A stretch of DNA of 46,536 nucleotides from a virus (lineage: Duplodnaviria; Caudoviricetes). The first letter of the stretch is position 1. The number at the start of each line of letters is the position of its first letter. The translations under genes were made by a program, and so were the position numbers. The stretch covers positions 1-46,536 of the IMG/VR virus record IMGVR_UViG_3300017754_002176; one strand, written 5' to 3'. Positions 39,902 through 46,536 of this stretch are shown here, piece by piece. The notes below the pieces were generated by a model. That model was not told where the DNA came from. It ran no database searches and worked only from the letters and a program-made list of their open reading frames with translations.

Positions 39902-39950
39902 CCGTTTCGTCCTTTGGGACTCATCAGTCAGCGTACACACGCTGAGACGG
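39902..39950 (-). ncRNA. Hammerhead ribozyme, type III
   Basis: CCG-UC^UCAGCGU(GUGU)ACGCUGA-CUGAUGA-GUCC(CAAA)GGAC-GAAA-CGG; predicted cut 39946/39945. Confidence 0.93.
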
Positions 39951-40005
39951 GGGGGGTGGGGAACTCGTGTCTTTAAGGACACTCGTACCCGACCCCCTTC
40001 GCACT

Positions 40006-40896
40006 CTAAAGGTATTGGCGAATCTCAACGTCAGCAGTTCCATCAATGATGAACTTGCGGAACTTTCGAGCCAATTCGAGAATCTCATCCGTCTTGGTTT
40101 CGTCACCATTGTACATGGATTTGATGATGGGGCGAATGGTTTTGAGGAAAGCCTCATGTGACCCGTTCGGCTTGTTCACGCTGAAATCAACCAACTCATG
40201 GAACAATTCGTACCTGCGAATCATTTGCTTAACGCTCTCGAATTTTGAAGGTAAGCGGAACTCTAAGCAGTTACCTTTGACAAGGGCAACTTGATATTTA
40301 TGATGCCAATTGTTGCACTCGCCATAAGATTGCAACCTCTTGTTGTAACCACAAAAATCATTTTTCAAACGATTGCGAAACAAGGCAAGAACAATGCCCG
40401 AATTGATGCGGACAAGTTTTCTGAGGTCATCGCCATCCAATCCATCAACAGCAAGGGTGATATGCCCACCACATTTGTAGTGACTCCCTCTCTTCTCATT
40501 CGAAGGGCTGAATCTGTCATCAATGATGCGCTCCGCTTTATGCATCATGTCGAATACCTTTGTCCTCCATGTTGATGCAGGGACAAGGGGCAGGATATGG
40601 GTCACCGCTTCGTAACCGCATGAGCCATCCGTTTCGAATCCGCAAAACAATTCATACTCCTTCACCGCACCCCTATGAAGGGAATTTTTTTCGACCTCGA
40701 AGCCAATTGTGAACTTTGAGCGAAAATCCCCCAAAGATTCAATGAAATTGCCCCTTTGAGCCTTTTTTAACCCTGCAATATCGCAGTTTTTCGCTCCCCT
40801 GCTAAGGTTAATGGGGTCGGGCTTACCATGGTAACGGGTCACTGACCCCCTTGCTGAATTTCCCGTTAACGTGTACTGAATTCCTTGAACTTGCAT
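40006..40896 (-). CDS. Putative amidoligase (COOH-NH2 ligase, glutamine synthetase-like fold)
   Basis: IGFEVE, DGSCGYEAVT, CGGHIT and LEFR motifs. Confidence 0.75.
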   Translation of the reverse strand: MQVQGIQYTLTGNSARGSVTRYHGKPDPINLSRGAKNCDIAGLKKAQRGNFIESLGDFRSKFTIGFEVEKNSLHRGAVKEYELFCGFETDGSCGYEAVTHILPLVPASTWRTKVFDMMHKAERIIDDRFSPSNEKRGSHYKCGGHITLAVDGLDGDDLRKLVRINSGIVLALFRNRLKNDFCGYNKRLQSYGECNNWHHKYQVALVKGNCLEFRLPSKFESVKQMIRRYELFHELVDFSVNKPNGSHEAFLKTIRPIIKSMYNGDETKTDEILELARKFRKFIIDGTADVEIRQYL

Positions 40897-40919
40897 AAAA
40901 AAAATGGTTTAATGGTTTT

Positions 40920-40968
40920 CCGTTTCGCCCTTTTGGGCTCATCAGCATGAGCGAACACTCATGGACGG
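40920..40968 (-). ncRNA. Hammerhead ribozyme, type III
   Basis: CCG-UC^CAUGAGU(GUUC)GCUCAUG-CUGAUGA-GCCC(AAAA)GGGC-GAAA-CGG; predicted cut 40964/40963. Confidence 0.93.
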
Positions 40969-40998
40969 GAGCGTGTCCTTGAAGACACGCCCTTTGCC

Positions 40999-41619
40999 CT
41001 ATTGGGGCAATGCATCAATCAAAAATGCAATTGCACTCATAATCTCATCCCTTGAATTGGTGGTCTTCACCTCACCCGCCTCATTAATGCGGACAGAAAT
41101 ATTTTTGTCGGGATGCTTGAAAGCAAGGGTGAAAATGGTTTGAGCCCTTGTTTCCACCTCAGCACCTTCGCCTTCGCCCTCTTCTTGTCCACCTTCATTG
41201 CCTTGTTCCACCTGCTTTGCAAATTTCAATAAGTTCTCAATCGACCTCACAGCCTCTTCGCCCCTTGCCTCTACCTCAATGCACTTTTGATTGAAATTTT
41301 CAACAATGGCGTCATCCAATTTGCCGACCTTTAACAATTTGTAGCTAAATGACTTTTGCCACCCAAAAACCTTCTGAAAAAATTCCTCATTGCTCCATGA
41401 AATGCCTTCCTCATTGAATTTCGCCTTGCCCTCCTCAGATGAAAACCAATTGAAAGACTCCTTTACTGCCTTCGCCAATTGGAGGCTATTCTCGAATTTT
41501 TTCTTCTGTGCATTGCTGTCCGCCCTTCTCAAGGTGTTGATGGCTTGCAAGTTCAAAGCCTGCTTAACTTCGGCAAGGGCTAGGAAACTTCTCTCGATTG
41601 AAAGTAATTGTGTGCTCAT
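40999..41619 (-). CDS. First gene of the leftward early unit; hypothetical, possibly DNA-binding
   Basis: 206 aa, helical, with HTH-like EEFFQKVFGWQKSFSYKLLK segment. Confidence 0.65.
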   Translation of the reverse strand: MSTQLLSIERSFLALAEVKQALNLQAINTLRRADSNAQKKKFENSLQLAKAVKESFNWFSSEEGKAKFNEEGISWSNEEFFQKVFGWQKSFSYKLLKVGKLDDAIVENFNQKCIEVEARGEEAVRSIENLLKFAKQVEQGNEGGQEEGEGEGAEVETRAQTIFTLAFKHPDKNISVRINEAGEVKTTNSRDEIMSAIAFLIDALPQ

Positions 41620-41823
41620 TTGTTCAAATTTTGTTTAGTGAGTGATTAATTATTTCACAAATCACGTTCAATTATTTCACATAAACAAATTTTCCACCAA
41701 CTTTTTTTTATTTCCGGTTCAATTGTGGCTGAAATGGTTGATTAATGGGGGCGTTGAATATTGGAATTGATGGATATGTTTAAACATTGAATTAGGGGGG
41801 CGGACATTACCCCCCTCTTCTTT

Positions 41824-41839
41824 GTGTCTTTGAGGACAC
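41824..41839. promoter_or_regulatory. 16-bp palindrome GTGTCYTYRARGACAC (representative copy)
   Basis: Copies at 1568, 15512, 27437, 33455 (1 mismatch), 36237, 38004, 39967, 40973, 41824 and 43801. Confidence 0.75.
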
Positions 41840-42145
41840 AATTTTAATTCAAGTGTTACTTTAGGTAAGCCTTGCAACGTGTTGATACTGAGCGCATAAC
41901 GTGACGCAATACTTTTCGCATGGGTCGGTAGGGGTCGGTGGGCATGAGCGGAAAGGGTCAGCCCATTGAATCCATCCCATGGGGAAAAGCCAAAAACATG
42001 GGACAAAAGTTGCCAAAAGCGACCCCCACCCCCTCAAAGCAAACCCGTTTCCGCCCGGGGCAGCCGCTCGCAGAACCGCTATATAACCCCCGTACTCCAA
42101 TTATCTGATGCCGAATAATACGTACCTTTATTAAAATTTTTGATT

Positions 42146-42346
42146 ATGCAATACAATGATTTGACTGTTAAGAATGGTCGGTTGATTAACAATAGACCGA
42201 ATGGAATTACGGGTATTCAGCAAGCTGCTGAGATTAAGAAAGCCATGAAGAAGGCTGAGAAAATTGAGATGATGGCACAGGCGGTTGCCATTGGAAACAT
42301 CAAAGCTGATGCCATTGAGTACATGAATCCTATGATGAAGGACTAA
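42146..42346 (+). CDS. Hypothetical protein
   Basis: Start ATG 42146 (MQYND); followed by a terminator. Confidence 0.65.
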   Translation: MQYNDLTVKNGRLINNRPNGITGIQQAAEIKKAMKKAEKIEMMAQAVAIGNIKADAIEYMNPMMKD

Positions 42347-42370
42347 GAGTTTTTTGCGTTTCGATTTATG

Positions 42371-42399
42371 GGGGGATGTGTCTACATCTCCCTTTTTTT
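42371..42399 (+). terminator. Intrinsic terminator
   Basis: GGGGGATGT-GTCT-ACATCTCCC-TTTTTTT. Confidence 0.8.
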
Positions 42400-42565
42400 G
42401 TTACTAAACTCGTACTTCAATGTCCTTTGTTGTTTAGTAACTCAACAGTTTTTCGTTCATACTACACGCTTCGTGTAGTAACCAACAAGGACTTTTAACA
42501 AGGGTTATTTTTTAAGTTTAGTAACTAGTGTTTTTTATTACCCGATTATCTGTCATAAGATGATA

Positions 42566-42699
42566 GATTTTATGTCGATTTTAGCTTTCTAACTTATTGA
42601 TAATCAATTTACTGATAGATTATGTCAATTATTTTTCTCCTTTCTAGTGGGAAAAATAATATATATATATAGTAATATATATATATATATAGGGAAGGA
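42566..42699. repeat. Origin-like AT-rich element, copy 2
   Basis: Homologous to 31043-31174, same orientation. Confidence 0.65.
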
Positions 42700-42761
42700 G
42701 AGAAACGGTATTTCTTTTTCTTTTATCTTTGTGGTATTATTAACCCATTAATTTTTTTAAG

Positions 42762-43052
42762 ATGGAAAAGTTTTTAAGTATCCCCGTAACGAACGAGCAG
42801 CGTCAGTTGGTTTCTGCAACAGGAATTGTTTTGATTTCTCAAAACTCAACAACAGTTGTTCATGTTCACTACAAGTCTAGTACAGGAACTGATGTTGTGT
42901 CAATTACTCATGCTACAGCTCCTGCAGGTGACGAGTCTATGCGTGATGCTATTCAAGATGCTGTTGTGGCTGCCTTGGGTACATCATGGACGAATGTAGC
43001 TTATGAAGTTACAAACCTGCCTTTTGCGGTATCGGGTATTGTCGTTGCTTAA
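42762..43052 (+). CDS. Hypothetical protein, possibly virion-associated
   Basis: 96-aa ORF with its own promoter box and terminator. Confidence 0.65.
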   Translation: MEKFLSIPVTNEQRQLVSATGIVLISQNSTTVVHVHYKSSTGTDVVSITHATAPAGDESMRDAIQDAVVAALGTSWTNVAYEVTNLPFAVSGIVVA

Positions 43053-43072
43053 TGCTGAAAAGCTATCAAGAG

Positions 43073-43097
43073 AGCCATTCTTCGGAATGGCTTTTTT
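43073..43097 (+). terminator. Intrinsic terminator
   Basis: AGCCATTC-TTCG-GAATGGCT-TTTTT. Confidence 0.85.
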
Positions 43098-43148
43098 GTT
43101 TTATTCCACAATTATTATTTAGATTTGTGGTAATTAAATTTAATTCAA

Positions 43149-44759
43149 ATGGACGCAGGATATTCACCAAAGGATTTAAAGTTTGGGGAGGATGGTCGTA
43201 AACGGCTGATTAGTGGTATAGAGAAGATTGCTTCGGCAGTTAAGAGCACGTTAGGTCCAAGTGGGAATACGGTGCTTATAGAGTCTCCCAATCATACTCA
43301 TGGTATAACGGTTACGAAGGATGGTGTCACGGTTGCTAGGTCGGTTGATTTGCTTGACCCGATTGAGAACTTGGCGGTGAAGATGATGAAGGAGGCTGCT
43401 GACCGCACGTCAACAAGTGCCGGTGATGGTACTACTACGGCAATTGTGTTGACGGAGGCTTTGGTTCTTGAGGGTGTTAAGTTGATGCATGATGGTTTGA
43501 ACCGGACGGAGGTGTTGAGGCACATGGTGGACATTAGTGGAAAGGTGGTGGACAAGTTAAGGAGGAGGGCAAAGAAGGTTTCGGAGGGAATGTTATTTGA
43601 TGTGGCTACGATTAGTGCGAATAATGACCGGGAGACCGGGAGGATTATAGCTGAGGTTTATAAAAGCGTTGGCAGAAGCGGTATAGTGACCGTAGAACGC
43701 TCTCAAACTGCTGAGACATACGCAGAGACCACTTTAGGATTAAAGGTCGACAGAGGGTATCTAAGCCCCTTATTCATCAATGACCAAAAAAAGGACGAGT
43801 GTGTCTTTGAGGACACCATGGTCTTGGTAGCTGACATTGAGATAGGGAACATCCTGAGCATCGAGGGGATACTAAAGCCAATCATACAGGAGGGGAAGAA
43901 ACTGCTCATCATTGCACCATGTCACAATAACGTGGTGAACACGTTGGCTGCTAACGTGATGAAGGGCAATTTGAAGATATGTGCGATACAGCCTCCCAAT
44001 TTCGGGTACAAGCAGCATGAGCTGATGCAGGACATAGCGGTTAGCTTGGGTGCTACGTACTTTAGCGAGAAGACCGGTGATGACTTGAGCCATATCACGT
44101 ACGCTGACTTGGATCATGCTGCCAAGGTTATCGTTGGCAAGGATAAAACTATCATCCTTAAGTCTGACCTAAAGGTTGACCAAGCTAAGGTTGACGAGAG
44201 GGTTCAGCAGTTGTGGGATGCACATGCGGTTGCGGTTAGGAAGAATGACAAGGACTTTTTGTTGGAGCGGATAGCTTCCCTTACGGGTGGTATTGGTGTC
44301 ATCTTTGTTGGTGGGAACACTGACCTAGAGCAGAAGGAGTTGTATGACAGGGTTGATGATGCGGTGTGTGCGGTTAAGTCAGCTCTTGACGAGGGCATAT
44401 TGCCGGGTGGTGGCAAGGCGTTGTATGAGACTGAGGTGTTTGACATAATCAGCAATTACGCTGAGGTAACTCGTGAGTTGCATGTCGCTGCCTCAATTTT
44501 GGATAGTGCTTTGAAGGCTCCGTTGGAGCAGATACTGACCAATGCCGGGTTGAAGGTTGAGGACTACTACACAATTGACGTGGAGGATGGTCATGGATTG
44601 AACTTGAAGACGGGTAAGATGGGTGCGCTCATCAAGATGGGGGTTATCGACCCGTTAAAAGTCACCCGTTCTGCTTTGCAGAATGCAGTCAGTGTTGCAA
44701 CAACAATTCTTAGCACCAATGCTATCATTACCATGGCAAGGAGCTATGAGTCAAAGTAG
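43149..44759 (+). CDS. groEL: Phage-encoded chaperonin GroEL
   Basis: TLGPSG, TKDGVTVA, AGDGTTTA, ERIASLTGG, GILPGGG and GVIDPLKV motifs. Confidence 0.95.
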   Translation: MDAGYSPKDLKFGEDGRKRLISGIEKIASAVKSTLGPSGNTVLIESPNHTHGITVTKDGVTVARSVDLLDPIENLAVKMMKEAADRTSTSAGDGTTTAIVLTEALVLEGVKLMHDGLNRTEVLRHMVDISGKVVDKLRRRAKKVSEGMLFDVATISANNDRETGRIIAEVYKSVGRSGIVTVERSQTAETYAETTLGLKVDRGYLSPLFINDQKKDECVFEDTMVLVADIEIGNILSIEGILKPIIQEGKKLLIIAPCHNNVVNTLAANVMKGNLKICAIQPPNFGYKQHELMQDIAVSLGATYFSEKTGDDLSHITYADLDHAAKVIVGKDKTIILKSDLKVDQAKVDERVQQLWDAHAVAVRKNDKDFLLERIASLTGGIGVIFVGGNTDLEQKELYDRVDDAVCAVKSALDEGILPGGGKALYETEVFDIISNYAEVTRELHVAASILDSALKAPLEQILTNAGLKVEDYYTIDVEDGHGLNLKTGKMGALIKMGVIDPLKVTRSALQNAVSVATTILSTNAIITMARSYESK

Positions 44760-44761
44760 TT

Positions 44762-44947
44762 ATGGAGGTCGGTGTAAGATATGAGGCTGACCTGATAGAG
44801 TGCAAGTGGTGTGAGCATAAGTGGTTGGGACACATACACATAGACGTGATTATATGGAGTAATGGTGTAATTGAGGAGAGTCGAGCTGAGGTGTTTGAGT
44901 GTCCTAAATGTGGGATGTTTGAGGGATATATTCAAGGAACCGTTTAA
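44762..44947 (+). CDS. Small Zn-ribbon protein
   Basis: CKWC...CPKC; fills the gap between groEL and groES. Confidence 0.6.
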   Translation: MEVGVRYEADLIECKWCEHKWLGHIHIDVIIWSNGVIEESRAEVFECPKCGMFEGYIQGTV

Positions 44948-44957
44948 AAGAAAAGAG

Positions 44958-45215
44958 ATGAAAGCGATTGGCAAAAATATAGTAATTGAGATAGTTGACG
45001 AAGAGGTTAAGACTGATTCGGGACTTATATTGTCGGGTGATGACACCAATAAGTTTAGGTATAAGCGTGGCAAGGTGGTCACTCCGGGCACTGAGGTGCA
45101 CTCAATTGCTGAAGGTGATGAGATATACTACGACAAGTCCAATGGGTATACCATGATTATCCACAATAAGCAGTATACCATCATCAATGAGCGTGATGTT
45201 GTTATTGTTCTCTAG
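44958..45215 (+). CDS. groES: Co-chaperonin GroES
   Basis: MKAIGKNIVI...KTDSGLIL...GKVVTPG...GDEI...IINERDV; start moved to 44958. Confidence 0.9.
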   Translation: MKAIGKNIVIEIVDEEVKTDSGLILSGDDTNKFRYKRGKVVTPGTEVHSIAEGDEIYYDKSNGYTMIIHNKQYTIINERDVVIVL

Positions 45216-45648
45216 ACTTTTCCCTGTCTTCCCGTATTTCCTTGTTCATTTGCTTAATCATGTTGCGGTAGACCTTGTCATTGTAGTCTACTTTTTTCAT
45301 AAACAGGGGGTTGCTTGTGTTGGTCATGGGTATTTCCTCCCCGTTTAGCTTCTTATATACGGTATCCATCATCCGGGTAGCCTTAAAACTTAGGGCATAT
45401 AGTGCCTTTACCCCTCTTTTGTGTGGTCTAAAGTTCTGAATCCAACCTTCGTCTCTTAGTCTATTGAATCTGTGCTCGTCCCAAGAGAGCAGTTCGTTAA
45501 ATTCTTGGAATCTGTCTCTACCGAAGTATTGTTCTGAGTAGAGGAAGAAGAGTATATCCATGTCTGCTTGTGATAGATTGTACTTTGCTTTTACCCAATA
45601 CCTTATAACCCTCCAATACTTAAGGTAATCGTTAGTTCTTGATTTCAT
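45202..45648 (-). CDS. Winged-helix (MarR-like) DNA-binding protein
   Basis: YNLSQADMDILFFLY...FNRLRDEGWI...LYALS pattern. Confidence 0.5.
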   Translation of the reverse strand: MKSRTNDYLKYWRVIRYWVKAKYNLSQADMDILFFLYSEQYFGRDRFQEFNELLSWDEHRFNRLRDEGWIQNFRPHKRGVKALYALSFKATRMMDTVYKKLNGEEIPMTNTSNPLFMKKVDYNDKVYRNMIKQMNKEIREDREKSREQ

Positions 45649-45690
45649 TTGATATAATTTATTACATTTGTAGGACAAAAATAAGATATT

Positions 45691-45816
45691 ATGAAAAAAG
45701 ATGTTCCTAAACTTCCGAAATCATCTATGCTTCAGCCTCCTCCAAGTGCTTCTGTTAAGAAAGTTGCTAAGAAAGCTGCCAAGTCTGCTCCTAAGAAGGG
45801 CAAGATGATGTACTAA
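45691..45816 (+). CDS. Small Lys/Ala/Pro-rich basic protein, 41 aa
   Basis: MKKDVPKLPKSSMLQPPPSASVKKVAKKAAKSAPKKGKMMY*, downstream of a TACATTTG box. Confidence 0.6.
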   Translation: MKKDVPKLPKSSMLQPPPSASVKKVAKKAAKSAPKKGKMMY

Positions 45817-45920
45817 AATTATTATTACCGTGTTGTTGCCCTAATGGTTGATTGGGCGGCAGCACGGTATAATGATTAAGTCAAAAAATAGTATATTTGT
45901 ACAAATAAAAATCAAATCAA

Positions 45921-46325
45921 ATGTCACAAAAAGTAACAAGAACGTATTCAGATTTGCTAGATTTAGTTAGGAGTCTGAACTCAACACCTGCAGAAAAGGG
46001 TAGCAAGAAAGAGGTTAAGTTGAAGAAGATTGCTGAGAAGGTTAAGCCAATCTTTGAGGAGTACAATGAGAAGCGTGAGGATATCAGGCTTGACAATGCT
46101 CATGCTGATAGCAATGGTGTAATGGATTTGAACGAGAAGGGTGAGTATAAGTTTACCAAGGATGGTTTAAAGAGCATGAGCAAGAGTTTGAAGGAACTTC
46201 TGAGTGAAAGCTTTGATTTCTATCAGTTCAGCTTTTCAACAGAGGGTATTGAGGACTTGTTGTTTCTTGAAGGTTGGGTTGAAGGTATCGTAAAACCAAT
46301 AGAAGAAGATGGCGGAGAAATCTAA
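45921..46325 (+). CDS. Hypothetical protein
   Basis: 134-aa ORF with promoter box and A-rich start. Confidence 0.7.
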   Translation: MSQKVTRTYSDLLDLVRSLNSTPAEKGSKKEVKLKKIAEKVKPIFEEYNEKREDIRLDNAHADSNGVMDLNEKGEYKFTKDGLKSMSKSLKELLSESFDFYQFSFSTEGIEDLLFLEGWVEGIVKPIEEDGGEI

Positions 46326-46536
46326 AATGAAATGTAACAGCCCCGTTGCTTCTGACCGTCCCGGTAAGAAGAAAATGGTAAAGGCGTGTGCCAATGGACA
46401 AGAAAAACTTGTCCATTTTGGTGCTGAGGGGTATGGTCACAACTACTCAGCAGCTGCAAGGTCATCGTTTAAGGCAAGACATAAGTGCGGTGAGGCAAAT
46501 GACAAGTTGAGTGCACGCTATTGGGCGTGTAAGAAC
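46309..46536 (+). CDS. Basic conserved phage protein (partial, runs off the window)
   Basis: MAEKSKMKCN...RPGKKKMV...VHFGAEGY...FKARH...SARYWAC, open to the window end. Confidence 0.65.
   Translation, partial: MAEKSKMKCNSPVASDRPGKKKMVKACANGQEKLVHFGAEGYGHNYSAAARSSFKARHKCGEANDKLSARYWACKN

Noticed and set aside
39924-40161. ORFs 39924-40157 and 39967-40161, and the upstream extensions of ORFs 34500, 36496, 36977 and 37694
   Set aside because: They run through ribozymes, hairpins or tRNA-like elements; downstream ATGs with A-rich leaders are better starts
36237-41839. CRISPR array formed by the palindromic repeats
   Set aside because: Copies are separated by whole genes at irregular spacing, and no cas genes are present
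41719-42100. ORFs 41719-42006 and 41861-42100
   Set aside because: Atypical composition and no A-rich start; they lie in the probable terminal or regulatory region

Overview
The window is about 46.5 kb of a tailed dsDNA phage genome. It is most likely a podovirus infecting Bacteroidota, inferred from TAnnTTTG promoter boxes, A-rich translation starts without Shine-Dalgarno sequences, a BT4734/VirE_N-type primase and a crAss-like capsid-ring-muzzle-ejection gene order. The + strand 1-21070 is the virion module. The - strand 21067-41619 carries nucleases, a small-ORF array, helicase, primase, recombination genes and an early region with an amidoligase, a GATase-GGCT fusion and RadC. The + strand 42146-46536 carries groEL, groES and small genes. 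No terminase, portal, DNA polymerase or integrase was recognised. The most striking signal is non-coding. The leftward early transcript is punctuated gene by gene with RNA elements: five hammerhead ribozymes (four type III, one type I), two copies of an unrecognised 46-nt structured motif in the same between-gene position, and two tRNA-like RNAs without a canonical anticodon loop. A 16-bp palindrome, GTGTCYTYRARGACAC, occurs about 10 times across the window. There is also a duplicated origin-like element and a small gene overprinted inside the giant ejection-protein gene. All calls come from reading motifs by eye; no searches were run.
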